NCBI GenBank assembly: GCA_039799905.1
Contig: JBDLRP010000020.1
Location: forward strand, 1 to 64,000
Source: Pseudomonadota bacterium
GTDB taxonomy: Bacteria; Bdellovibrionota_B; Oligoflexia; Silvanigrellales; Silvanigrellaceae
Direction of reading: 5' to 3'
Length of the DNA stretch: 64,000 bases
The position numbers and the translations under genes are program-made. The notes beneath the pieces were generated by a model. That model was not told the origin of the DNA. It saw only the letters and a program-made list of their open reading frames with translations, and made no database searches. Positions within the stretch are counted from its first letter, which is position 1; each line of letters begins with the position of its first letter. Below, one piece after another: positions 8,926-18,929 of this stretch.

Positions 8926-9084
8926 ATTCTTCTCCTCTATTTTTCAAAGTTTGAGGACACTGAATCGAGATATGAAAACTGAACGCAGACGATTTTGGGA
9001 AGTAGTTTTTTGCGTAACTTAATTCAATGTTCCAAAATGGATTCAGACCCTTTCATAAGGATCTTTGTCGAACACAAGCAGAAT

Positions 9085-12000
9085 TTAGAACTGCGGCGGA
9101 AGAACGCGGCTACGGCCCTGCCCGATCGGCAGAACTTGAATCTGCACGCCAATGCGCTCGGCCATGTCGCCGACATGAGAAATGACGCCGACCTTGCGCC
9201 CCTGCGACTGCAAGGCATCGAGCGCGTTGAGTGCAATCCGCAACGATTCGGCATCAAGACTTCCGAATCCTTCATCGATAAACAAAGATTCAACTTGAAC
9301 CTGTTCAGACGACAAAGACGACAGCCCCATGGCAAGAGCCAGTGAGATAAGAAAAGATTCACCACCCGAGAGGGAATAAACGGATCGCAGTTCACCTCCG
9401 GAATCGATGTCCTCAACAAGAATATTGAGGGTCTCCGCTTGGGTCAGAAGCTGATAACGGGGTGCGAATGACTCAAGGTGACGGTTGGCGTGGGCCAATA
9501 GAATTTCGAGTGTATAATGTTGAGCTTCTTTGCGGAAACGGCTGCCGGTTGCGCAACCTATGAGGTCGTTGAGGCGCTTCCACCTTGAATGCAATTCGGA
9601 AATCTCTTTCATTTTGTCGAGCCGGCCCTGCACTTCCTGTTGTGCGCGCCGGTCTGCTTCCAGTGCGCCGCGCAACTCAACTTGGTTTGCATCAAGCTTG
9701 GCCAACGCAACCTCGTGATTGTCGAGGGCTGACTGCAAATCATCAGGATCGGCCGTTACAGTAAAACCTTCACGTAGCGTTGAAATGCGTGCACGGCGTG
9801 TTACAGATTCCTGACCCATCTTTTCAATTTCGCCTTGGGTCTGCCTGATTCGTTCCTGCACTGCCGAGATCTCTATTTGCAATTGCTGAAGATGTTCTTT
9901 GACAAGTTTGAGATTAGAATTCTCTTGAGCAACCTGACTTTCCCAGTCCGCCTCGACTTCAGCTACACTCTTTCCGCCGAACAAGGAGGCACGTTGGTTC
10001 TGAAAACTTTTCAATGCATCCGACTGTTGCTCGTGAAATTCACGCACCTGCTGCTCTTCCGCCACGCGGGAATGCAGCGTCTCATTGAGTGAAATCAGCC
10101 GAACTTCAAGACCGCTCAATTCTGAACGTAGCGACTCTTCCTGTTGCAAATTTTTTTGCCATTGCACCACCCGAACTTCAATAGCGCCCATAAACCCCCG
10201 CGGGTTTTTGAGCCATTCGCCGCGCCAAGCCGAGGGTCCGGTGAGGTCATCCACCGAGGCAAGCTCGGACTCGAATCGACCAACGGATTCCTTGTTCGCA
10301 GCTTCAAGTTTGTGGGCGCGCTCCTCGAGTCGCGTTGTCGATAGCAGGATTTCCTGCAGCTCTGCGTTCTTCTGATCGAATTTCTGAATACTCAGATTCT
10401 TTTTATTTTGAATCTTTTGCAGTAATTCATTCGTCTGCGTCGCACGCATGAAATTGAGGCGGTGCTGTTCCGCGCTCGACTCACTCTCGCGCAGTTTCTC
10501 TTCAAGAAAGTCAGGCGCGGTTTCAGACAGGATAAATTCAGGTGCGCATTGGCTCCATTCAAGAGAAATCTTGTTGATCGAATTTTGCAGAGTTTCAAAT
10601 CGCGCAGTTGCCTGCTTTGAAACTGAACGAGCTTCGGCTAATTCGCTTGTCCGCGTCATCAGTTCGTTCTGTGTCGCCTTCGTACGCTCAATCAGTCCGT
10701 CAAGCTCTGCCAGTGCATCACGCAACATCTCCTGCAGAGGATGGTGCATTTCTTGATTCACCAAAGGATGCGAACGTGAGCCGCACACCGGACACTCCTC
10801 ACCCTCGACAAGACCCGACCGCAACGCCTCGACATTTGCTGAAACCTTTATTTTCAGGGCTCCGACGAGCTTTTCCTGAACTACCCTTTCCTGCTCGAGT
10901 CCGCTTTGAGTCTCGCGTATTTGCGTTATCTGAACTTCGATGTTGTTGGACAATGTCTCTGATTCTTGAATCCTGTTTGCAAATTTCAAAAGTTCGTTGC
11001 GTTCCTCTGCATCCGCCTTCTTCAGTTTGACAAGTTTTTGAAAACGCAACACATCGGCTTCTGCCGAGGATTTAAGCTTTTCCAAATCAAGTAAAGAAAG
11101 CCCAGATAGTTCGGCAGAATACTTCTCTATCTGCAGAACCAATTGATCGAGCTCAGCCTTCAGTTTCGTTAGCTCTTTGTCAACGGCTGACTTTTTCTCA
11201 TTTTGTTCCAGCGCCTCGCGGTGGGTGTTGGATAGTTCTTGTTCCTGCTTGGCAATATCGCCCTGCAGACTCTCGGCTCTTGTCAGTGTAGCCCTCAAGA
11301 CCGGCCAATGATCAGACCAAGATTGCCAGCGGCTGTTTTCATTTTTCCACTTTCCACATTTCGCAGATTGTTCCTGCCGGTGCTTTTTATCGTTTTCAGA
11401 TTTTGAGATTTCGCCGCGCACGGCAGCCAAATCAGTCAGCTTCTTCTGCCACTGCTCATGCACTCGGCGAAGCTCTTCGGATTGAGTTGCCAACCGGACA
11501 TCGAGTTCGCGCGCACGTGCAATGTCTGATGCATTGCTGCTCCGGATTGAGACCAATTCGGCGAGATTCTTTTCAACCTGATGGCAGCGTTCTTCCTCCT
11601 TCAGCATTTGTACATTGAGACTGGACTGTTCGTTTTCGCTCGCTGCCACCTTGTCGTTGAGCTGCTGAATGGAATGCCGAGCCCGCAGTTCAGCCTTAAG
11701 AAGTTCAACTGCGTTCTTGTGAATTTCCAGTTCGGTTTGAAACCGCTGGACTTGCTGCTGCAAATCAGACCGCTGTTCTTCACTCAGCACAACCGTCTGT
11801 TCCGAGACCGTTTGAAGAACTTTGAGTTGTTGGGCATACGACTCATTTTTCTTGTAGATGCTGCTGCCGATTTTTGAAAAAATATCGACACCGGTCAACT
11901 TTTCCAGAATCGCCGCTTTTTCGTTTTCGCTCGCCTTGAGAAAACTGGTAAATTCATTTTGTGCAAGCATCACGGAGCGGGTGAATTCGGCGAAGGTCAG

Positions 12001-12477
12001 ACCAACTTTAGCGACAACCATGGGTTTGATTTCTTGAACGGAGTTCGACAGCAACTTGTCTTCACTCAGTGAAAACAGACTCGCCTCCACCTTTTTCAAA
12101 TTGCCGCGCTTGTTTTCACGACCTCTGGCACGGCTCACCTCCCAACGCGCTCGATAGCGTTGTTTGTCTGTTCCGCAGAAATCTACTTCGGCAAATCCGG
12201 ATTGAGCACCTTTACGCAGAAGGTTGCGCGGGTCGCTGACACTGATTTCTCCAGCAGCGTCAGGAACAGACACCTCGCGCTGCGGAGCAGACAAGAGTCT
12301 TGGAGTGACGTGATAAAGGGGCAGACAAATGCAGTCGAGCAATGTGCTTTTGCCGGCTCCCGTCGGACCGCTGATTGCAAAAAGACCAGCTCCAGCCAGA
12401 GGCTCTGCGGTAAAATCAATCTCGAAACGAGCTTGCAGCGAACAGATGTTTTCCCCGCGTACAGCCAGAATTTTCAT
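9085..12477 (-). CDS. sbcC: SbcC exonuclease ATPase subunit (Rad50-like)
   Basis: Walker A GPTGAGKST, long coiled coils, zinc hook CPVCGS, signature LSGGE, Walker B LFIDEGFGSLD, VISH. Confidence 0.97.
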   Translation of the reverse strand: MKILAVRGENICSLQARFEIDFTAEPLAGAGLFAISGPTGAGKSTLLDCICLPLYHVTPRLLSAPQREVSVPDAAGEISVSDPRNLLRKGAQSGFAEVDFCGTDKQRYRARWEVSRARGRENKRGNLKKVEASLFSLSEDKLLSNSVQEIKPMVVAKVGLTFAEFTRSVMLAQNEFTSFLKASENEKAAILEKLTGVDIFSKIGSSIYKKNESYAQQLKVLQTVSEQTVVLSEEQRSDLQQQVQRFQTELEIHKNAVELLKAELRARHSIQQLNDKVAASENEQSSLNVQMLKEEERCHQVEKNLAELVSIRSSNASDIARARELDVRLATQSEELRRVHEQWQKKLTDLAAVRGEISKSENDKKHRQEQSAKCGKWKNENSRWQSWSDHWPVLRATLTRAESLQGDIAKQEQELSNTHREALEQNEKKSAVDKELTKLKAELDQLVLQIEKYSAELSGLSLLDLEKLKSSAEADVLRFQKLVKLKKADAEERNELLKFANRIQESETLSNNIEVQITQIRETQSGLEQERVVQEKLVGALKIKVSANVEALRSGLVEGEECPVCGSRSHPLVNQEMHHPLQEMLRDALAELDGLIERTKATQNELMTRTSELAEARSVSKQATARFETLQNSINKISLEWSQCAPEFILSETAPDFLEEKLRESESSAEQHRLNFMRATQTNELLQKIQNKKNLSIQKFDQKNAELQEILLSTTRLEERAHKLEAANKESVGRFESELASVDDLTGPSAWRGEWLKNPRGFMGAIEVRVVQWQKNLQQEESLRSELSGLEVRLISLNETLHSRVAEEQQVREFHEQQSDALKSFQNQRASLFGGKSVAEVEADWESQVAQENSNLKLVKEHLQQLQIEISAVQERIRQTQGEIEKMGQESVTRRARISTLREGFTVTADPDDLQSALDNHEVALAKLDANQVELRGALEADRRAQQEVQGRLDKMKEISELHSRWKRLNDLIGCATGSRFRKEAQHYTLEILLAHANRHLESFAPRYQLLTQAETLNILVEDIDSGGELRSVYSLSGGESFLISLALAMGLSSLSSEQVQVESLFIDEGFGSLDAESLRIALNALDALQSQGRKVGVISHVGDMAERIGVQIQVLPIGQGRSRVLPPQF

Positions 12478-12517
12478 TGTTCAGCCTCCCCACCTTCAAA
12501 CAGCCTGCCAACGACGT

Positions 12518-13786
12518 TCACTCTGCATGTCCCGTCGAAACGTCGATGAGCACTTCCTGAAACGCCTTCAGCAAATCGTCGTCGGGCTTGGATTGATATT
12601 TCCTCTGGTGCAAATCGCTCATCACCGTCAGCGGATCGAGGCTGCGCAGTGAATCAAGACCAATCGGCCGATCGCGTTTCTCGGCCGGAGAGTTTTCAAC
12701 ACCTTCCGGACGGTGCGGAGAAACCTTCACAAGGCGGATGCATTTATTCTTCAGCGCAGTTTCAATCTGACTGCGCAATTCAGGCACAGGACCCGAAAGT
12801 CTGACCGGAACTTCCAAATAGGGATATTGAGCTTCACTGAGCGGAGGCAAAGCGAGCGCCGAAAGTTCATTGAGCACCTCGTCGATCTCGAGCGGGCGTG
12901 ACGGACAGCGTATGAATTCGACCGGTCGCGCGATTGGGAAAGGCTTGAGTGATATTTTTTTATCGACGTTGAGTTCAACCACCACCATCTGATGCGTATA
13001 GTTGATTTCGGAAAACGACATCGGCAACGGGCTGCCGGAATATCGGATGTGTGGGTGTCCGCCAACATCCTGTGCCAGGTGTAGATGGCCAAGTGCGATG
13101 TAGGAAAATTCATCTGCGAGTTCTGCCAAAGGGACGGATTCCTCTCCGCCGATGATGATAGGCCTTTCCGAGTCTTTCGAGTTTTGACCGCCGCGTGCGT
13201 GCATGTGTCCCATTGCAATGAGGGGAATTGCATCGCCAAATTGTGCCCTCGCTGCAGTAATAGCCTGCCGGTAACAACGAACTACAGCCTCGGGATAGGG
13301 ACAATTTTGGTCTGACCACTGCACATCCGCGTTTTTCAAAAAAGGCAGCGCGATACAGACCGCAGCTGGGCTGCCCGCGTCGGGAACACCTTGTTTGTGC
13401 GCAAACAAAGGCACAAGGAAAGCTTCGCCCGATACAATCCCTTGGGCTGTGCTGACCACGCGCCCGACCACCGTGACAGCAAAATTGCGGAGCAACTCCG
13501 CAGGAGCCTCAAGGCGCGCACCCGAATCGTGATTGCCGGCAATCACCACCGTCTGAAGATGCGGAACGCGGCGCTTGGCGTCGGCGAGAAATTCAAAAAA
13601 CATACGCTGTGCAGCCGCAGGCGGGTTCGACACATCAAACACATCACCGGCAATCAGCAAAACATCAATTCTCTCGTCAACCAGAGTTTGCACCACGCCA
13701 TCGAGAAACCGCCGGTGTTCGAATGATCTGTCGAACTTGTAGAAATCCTGACCCAGATGCCAGTCGGATGTGTGCAGCAGCCTCAT
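12518..13786 (-). CDS. sbcD: SbcD nuclease subunit (Mre11-like)
   Basis: MRLLHTSDWHLG, AGDVFD, GNHDS, LGHLH, YSGSP motifs; GGAGGA RBS; directly upstream of sbcC. Confidence 0.97.
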   Translation of the reverse strand: MRLLHTSDWHLGQDFYKFDRSFEHRRFLDGVVQTLVDERIDVLLIAGDVFDVSNPPAAAQRMFFEFLADAKRRVPHLQTVVIAGNHDSGARLEAPAELLRNFAVTVVGRVVSTAQGIVSGEAFLVPLFAHKQGVPDAGSPAAVCIALPFLKNADVQWSDQNCPYPEAVVRCYRQAITAARAQFGDAIPLIAMGHMHARGGQNSKDSERPIIIGGEESVPLAELADEFSYIALGHLHLAQDVGGHPHIRYSGSPLPMSFSEINYTHQMVVVELNVDKKISLKPFPIARPVEFIRCPSRPLEIDEVLNELSALALPPLSEAQYPYLEVPVRLSGPVPELRSQIETALKNKCIRLVKVSPHRPEGVENSPAEKRDRPIGLDSLRSLDPLTVMSDLHQRKYQSKPDDDLLKAFQEVLIDVSTGHAE

Positions 13787-13932
13787 GATCGGGTCCTCCG
13801 CGGGTGTCAAAAACTGTGGCGACGAATTGACCGCCAAACTACACAAGCAAGGCTTTCTGGTAAATTAAATCGCAGGACTCTGCGACATGCTGTGTCGCAC
13901 CTCAACCAAAAATGCGGGAGAGCGTCTTCCCT

Positions 13933-14814
13933 ATGACCACTGAACAATCAACACTCAATGGACGTATTTGTCTTGTTACGGGCGCCAACTCGGGCATCGG
14001 GCGTGAAACAGCGCTGGGTCTGCTCAAGGCAGGAGCAACTGTTCTTGCTGTCTGCCGCGACCGTTCCAAGGGCGAGGTCGCAGTCGCCGAAATTAAAAAG
14101 GCCTCGGGCTTGAAAGCTATTTCGCTTCTGACCGCTGACCTGACTAATATTGAAGAAATGCACACACTGCATGCCGATGTAAAAGACAAATTCGGCCGGC
14201 TGGATGTTTTGGTCAACAATGCGGGAGCGATTTTTGGTGAACGACGCACAACGGACAGCGGTCTCGAGATGACGTTTGCCACAAATCATCTCAATTATTT
14301 CGTAATGAGCCACCTTTTTCTAGATTTGCTGAAAAAAGGCACAGCCGAATCGAAGCAAGCATCGAGGATTGTCAACGTCGCCTCCGAGGCCCACCGTGCG
14401 GTGCGAGGCGAAACCGTCGATTGGCAATACGAAAACAGCCCATACAAGCCCATGGAGGTGTATGGGCTCAGCAAATTGGCAAACATCCTTTTCACCCGAG
14501 AACTCGCCGCGCGGCTGAACCCCGCGGAGATCACCGTCAACTGTCTGCACCCCGGAGTTGTCCGCACTGGCTTCGGAACTCAGGGGGACTGGGGTTTTCT
14601 TGGAACTCTGTTCAATCTGGCAAGACCGTTTTTCATTTCACCGGAAAAAGGCGCTCGCACCTCACTGTTTCTTGCTTCAGAATCACAATTGTCGCAGGTA
14701 TCGGGGCGCTACTTCAAAAACTGCTCTGAGGCAAAGCCCTCTTCGCTTGCATTCAATGACTCCATGGCCAAGAACCTTTGGGAAACAAGCCGTCGAATCA
14801 CCGGAATGGGCTGA
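13933..14814 (+). CDS. Short-chain dehydrogenase/reductase (retinol dehydrogenase-like)
   Basis: TGANSGIG, NNAG, YGLSK (YxxxK), LHPGVVRT. Confidence 0.93.
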   Translation: MTTEQSTLNGRICLVTGANSGIGRETALGLLKAGATVLAVCRDRSKGEVAVAEIKKASGLKAISLLTADLTNIEEMHTLHADVKDKFGRLDVLVNNAGAIFGERRTTDSGLEMTFATNHLNYFVMSHLFLDLLKKGTAESKQASRIVNVASEAHRAVRGETVDWQYENSPYKPMEVYGLSKLANILFTRELAARLNPAEITVNCLHPGVVRTGFGTQGDWGFLGTLFNLARPFFISPEKGARTSLFLASESQLSQVSGRYFKNCSEAKPSSLAFNDSMAKNLWETSRRITGMG

Positions 14815-14820
14815 GAAAAA

Positions 14821-16332
14821 TCAATACGATTTTGCGAAAAGAACGCGTTTTTTCGAGGGCAAGCCCGTAAAGATGCATGTCCCTGCTTCCTCCGCACCTT
14901 CAAGAGGCATGCAACGCGGTGTCACTTTGAGACGTGCGAATGACTCGTGACCAATGGCAGCCTCGTTCCAGTGCACCGACGCAAAACCCGGAGCATGTTC
15001 CTGTTCACCTTTTGCCGCAAAAAACGCGTCGAACTCGGCGAGGCTGTTGATCTTGACGATACTCGAGTCGCGAAACTGCTTTGCTCTCTCAAAAAGATTA
15101 TTTTGAATTTCATTCAGCACAGCGGGCAGTGTTTCGACAAATTGCGCGAACGCAACGCTCGACTTTTCTTTGGGCTTGAAATCACGCCGACCGACGAAAA
15201 CTTCGTTCTTGGCAATATCGCGCGGACCAATCTCAACGCGCACCGGCACACCCTGTTTAATGGCCTGCCACGCCTTGTCGCCACCGCGCATATCGCGGTC
15301 GTCGATTTTGGCGCGCACGGGCCTGCCGTCGAATGCCTGCGAGCGCAATTCCTTCTGCAGTTTCTCGGCATACTCAATCACTGTCGCGCGCTCAGACTCG
15401 TCGCGGTAGATGGGAATGATGAGCACATGACAAGGGGCGAGTTTGGGTGGCAGCACGAGCCCGTCGTCATCGGAGTGGGTCATAATCAGACCGCCGATGA
15501 GGCGCGTCGATACACCCCAGGATGTCGTCCACGCAGTCTCGACAACGCCATCTTTGTTTTGAAACTTGATTCCCGAAGCTTCCGCGAAGTTTTGTCCCAA
15601 AAAGTGTGACGTGCCCGCCTGCAGTGCTTTTTTATCCTGAGTGAGTGCTTCAATCGTATAAGTTTCGACAGCACCGGGGAATCGCTCGTCGGGAGTCTTG
15701 GTTCCCTTGATGACCGGCATCGCCATATATTCCTGAGCAAACTTCTCGTACACATCGAGCATTCTCAGAGTTTCGGCGCGCGCCTCTTGCTCACTCGCAT
15801 GAACTGTATGCCCTTCCTGCCAGAGGAATTCAGACGTGCGAAGAAAAATACGAGTGCGCATTTCCCAGCGCATGACATTGCACCACTGGTTCATGAGAAT
15901 GGGCAAATCCCGATACGACTTAACCCACTTGGCATACATATGGCCGATGATGGTTTCGCTCGTCGGGCGAATCACGTGCGGTTCTTCGAGCTGGCTGGTT
16001 GGGTCGGGACGCAGTTTGCCGTCGGGTCCGGCCTTGAGCCGGTGGTGAGTCACCACGGCGCACTCTTTGGCAAAGCCTTCGACGTGCTCGGCTTCCTTTT
16101 CAAGAAAGCTGAGCGGAATCAGCAAGGGAAAATATGCATTCACATGTCCGGTTTCTTTGAACATGCCGTCGAGCACTGCCTGCATGTTCTCCCAAAGCGC
16201 ATATCCCCAAGGCTTAATGACCATGCAGCCGCGCACCGGCGAATTTTCCGCAAGATCAGCGGCCTTGATGACTTCCTGATACCATTCCGGATAATTTTCA
16301 GTTCTTTTGGGAGAAATCGCATTCCCTGACAT
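14821..16332 (-). CDS. proS: Proline--tRNA ligase, archaeal/eukaryote-like type
   Basis: WYQEVI..ADL, KEAEHVEGFAKE, RPTSET, WEMRTRIFLRTSEFLWQEGHT, QAGTSHFLGQNF, TTSWGVSTR, C-terminal FAKSY. Confidence 0.97.
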   Translation of the reverse strand: MSGNAISPKRTENYPEWYQEVIKAADLAENSPVRGCMVIKPWGYALWENMQAVLDGMFKETGHVNAYFPLLIPLSFLEKEAEHVEGFAKECAVVTHHRLKAGPDGKLRPDPTSQLEEPHVIRPTSETIIGHMYAKWVKSYRDLPILMNQWCNVMRWEMRTRIFLRTSEFLWQEGHTVHASEQEARAETLRMLDVYEKFAQEYMAMPVIKGTKTPDERFPGAVETYTIEALTQDKKALQAGTSHFLGQNFAEASGIKFQNKDGVVETAWTTSWGVSTRLIGGLIMTHSDDDGLVLPPKLAPCHVLIIPIYRDESERATVIEYAEKLQKELRSQAFDGRPVRAKIDDRDMRGGDKAWQAIKQGVPVRVEIGPRDIAKNEVFVGRRDFKPKEKSSVAFAQFVETLPAVLNEIQNNLFERAKQFRDSSIVKINSLAEFDAFFAAKGEQEHAPGFASVHWNEAAIGHESFARLKVTPRCMPLEGAEEAGTCIFTGLPSKKRVLFAKSY

Positions 16333-16486
16333 CGTGAGCCCACCATTCCTGCTGTGTTTGGTTGTGCGAGGCGTTATGTTTGCATGCAAACTAGACTAAT
16401 TTGGGTAACCTGATTTCGGCCAACAGACAAGATTACCCAAAAAACGCTCTCAGTTTATGCAATACAAAACATAGTGGGAGCGCGAC

Positions 16487-17758
16487 TTACCTGCGAACAG
16501 GAGACGGCAACGGCATGGGGGTTTTTACGGGACTCACGTCCTGCACAGGCTGCTGCGGAGGATCCATCTTATCAAGATCCGGAATTCCGTATTTGCGGCC
16601 GAGCACATCGGCAATGCATTTATCGCGGTTGGCAGCCGCGTTGCACGCTTTCAGTTCTTTGAGATTCGTCTGTCGCCGCTGCTCGAGTGAGGTGAAGACC
16701 TTCGCGCGAGAAGAAATTCTCTCTGCGCAAATCCTGCGCGTCTCCTCGCTGACTGCAACGTTGTTTGACGGCGCTGAACGCGCGGGAAATGTCAACGTGC
16801 CACTCTTGTATTTCGGAATACTTTTAAACGTCAAAAGGAGCGGAAGATTAGGATCGATGGATTCGTAGAACTGCGGATCAATACCCGTCAGTGTGTCCAT
16901 GTCGAGAAGTTCTACGGATGCTTGGACAGCCTCCAAACTCTTGATTTGCGAACGCGGATAAAACTGCGGATCTTCGCACACTGCGCGAACGAATGCATCT
17001 TTGAACTGTGCGTAGGTTGCGACGTCACCATTGCTTTGAGCGGCCTTTATGAATGCCTTCTGGAAGGCATTTTCAATAGTGTAAATAGGACTGAAAATCA
17101 CCTCGCTGACGGGCGTGATGACCGCAATATTGGTCTTTTTTCGTGCGGTTTCATTTGCCAAAACACGTGCATATTTGTTCATAAATTCTACGTTGCTGAG
17201 GTTCCCGCTGTTGCAACTCTGAACAAACATCAATACTTCCTCGGCTCCGAGCGAGGCGACCAACTCAGCTAGCTCATTACCTGTAAGATATTCGGGCGGT
17301 GTTTTCGTTTCGCTGTTGCCCTCTGAAATTGAATACACATAACCCGAATCAATTTCTTTAAAAGCCTGCTGACTTGCACCATGTCCCGTCAAGCCGAGGA
17401 CAATCATCGTGGGCGCGTTGGGGTTTTTGGCTTTGAATTGTGAAATGTTCGCCCGCAGCTGGGAGAACCGATTCTGAATATCTTTTTTGCTGGGGTGCCA
17501 ATTCGACTGGTCCGAGAGATCAAAAGCCAATTTGTAGTTGCCACCGACCTCACTCAAAAAGACCTCTTTCAGCGTGTTCGCAAGGTACTCGGTCGGTTGC
17601 TTCCCAAAACCTTTACCGCCAATGCTCAGCGTCGCCAGCCATTTACCAACGACTTTGCCTCGCGGCGTGATTGAAGTTTCTTTGGAATCGTTTGGAACCG
17701 GCGGTTTGCAGCTTGCAAGAAGAATTGCAGAACAAAGCAGGCTTAGAAATTTAATCAT
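16487..17758 (-). CDS. Lipoprotein with a caspase-like (clan CD) peptidase domain
   Basis: Lipobox LLASC; hydrophobic strand + TGHG, and hydrophobic strand + QSCNSG (His-Cys dyad pattern). Confidence 0.65.
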   Translation of the reverse strand: MIKFLSLLCSAILLASCKPPVPNDSKETSITPRGKVVGKWLATLSIGGKGFGKQPTEYLANTLKEVFLSEVGGNYKLAFDLSDQSNWHPSKKDIQNRFSQLRANISQFKAKNPNAPTMIVLGLTGHGASQQAFKEIDSGYVYSISEGNSETKTPPEYLTGNELAELVASLGAEEVLMFVQSCNSGNLSNVEFMNKYARVLANETARKKTNIAVITPVSEVIFSPIYTIENAFQKAFIKAAQSNGDVATYAQFKDAFVRAVCEDPQFYPRSQIKSLEAVQASVELLDMDTLTGIDPQFYESIDPNLPLLLTFKSIPKYKSGTLTFPARSAPSNNVAVSEETRRICAERISSRAKVFTSLEQRRQTNLKELKACNAAANRDKCIADVLGRKYGIPDLDKMDPPQQPVQDVSPVKTPMPLPSPVRR

Positions 17759-18069
17759 GCTTTCCACCTTTTCAATTGGCTAAGGGTCATCGGTAAAAAG
17801 CCTAATTTCTTTAAAATAATTCAATCCTCGGTGGGTTTTGCAGCCAATCGGCGCTGCAAGAACAAACGCCTTCAAGAAATTATGACAATTTTCCTAGATT
17901 CGATGAAAATTTAGTAGAATGGTCAAAATCAAATGATGACTGCTCAAATCCAGCATTGGTAGTTGACTGGTTGAGTCATTGATCAACTTTTATTTGTACA
18001 TCAGGACAAGTGTCTGAATCCTGTACACTTTGCTGACAGAAATAGAGCTGAAAATATTACATTTTTCTG

Positions 18070-18085
18070 CGGCACGCTCCTTGCA
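18070..18085 (+). promoter_or_regulatory. Sigma-54 (-24/-12) promoter
   Basis: CGGCAC-GCTCC-TTGCA with correct GG-N10-GC spacing, 35 bp upstream of ATG 18120 and after an AT-rich intergenic region. Confidence 0.65.
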
Positions 18086-18119
18086 AGGCACTGAAAAGCC
18101 TCAGTAGGGAGTCCAGGCT

Positions 18120-18809
18120 ATGCTTAGCAAAAAACTTCTTCCTTTAATCGCACTCGTCGCAGCCTGTCACCCGCGCGAACTTTATTCCGAGGCACAAAGC
18201 GAACCGCAAAAAACAAAAAAGCCCCTACAAATAACTGGGACATGGCAAGCAACCGAAGTTTGGTCGTTGCGCGAGGAAAACGGTCAACGCAAAGCCGTGC
18301 ACACACAAGCTAATGCTTTGAAAGACGCTCTATGGCGGGTTAAAATCGAAATCGATTCGGACGGTCGAGGGTTCATGAACGGCTTAGTGAAATGCGTCGG
18401 CCCTGCAACAGCAATGTCAGGACCGAAAAAGATTCATTCACTGCAAATTATGAATGCACTGTTAGGACTACTGAGTCTGCCCAAGTTGATTGATCAAACC
18501 AAAAATGAAATCGATTGCGCAAAAGCAGCAGATGGCAACATCGCGAGCGTGCTTGGAGTGTCTCCGTCGGTCAACTTCATTGGTCAGAAGCACAACACAC
18601 TTCCCAAGAACCTTGGAGTTTTTGGCGAAACGCAAAGCCTGTACTCCGCAGACAAAGAGTGCAACGGCATGCGCGGTGTCCGATTTGTCAATGTGCAACA
18701 AGCATCCGCCTGTGTCGGCTTCACCGATGCCTCGGCAAACAAAATCCGCTTTCTCATTATCCCAGTGGGAGAGATTTACGCGGTGCGCGTCAACCTAAAG
18801 CGCGACTGA
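18120..18809 (+). CDS. Hypothetical lipoprotein
   Basis: Lipobox LVAAC; ITGTW (lipocalin-like GxW) near the N-terminus; AGGGAG RBS. Confidence 0.75.
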   Translation: MLSKKLLPLIALVAACHPRELYSEAQSEPQKTKKPLQITGTWQATEVWSLREENGQRKAVHTQANALKDALWRVKIEIDSDGRGFMNGLVKCVGPATAMSGPKKIHSLQIMNALLGLLSLPKLIDQTKNEIDCAKAADGNIASVLGVSPSVNFIGQKHNTLPKNLGVFGETQSLYSADKECNGMRGVRFVNVQQASACVGFTDASANKIRFLIIPVGEIYAVRVNLKRD

Positions 18810-18929
18810 AATTTCATCATAGTCGAATCTTGCCGTTTATACTGGAAAATTTTCAAACTTCAGTTTGTGAATTATATTTCCGATTTCCTAAAAAATTAGA
18901 GTAGAGATGCGGATCGGTCTATCCTTTGT

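Noticed and set aside
9085..13786. SMC-like ATPase plus nuclease as an anti-phage or anti-plasmid system (e.g. Wadjet, Lamassu)
   Set aside because: The zinc hook and Mre11-type motifs identify ordinary SbcCD; no accessory defence genes adjoin.
14947..16329. 220-aa and 180-aa plus-strand ORFs
   Set aside because: Antisense shadows of proS.
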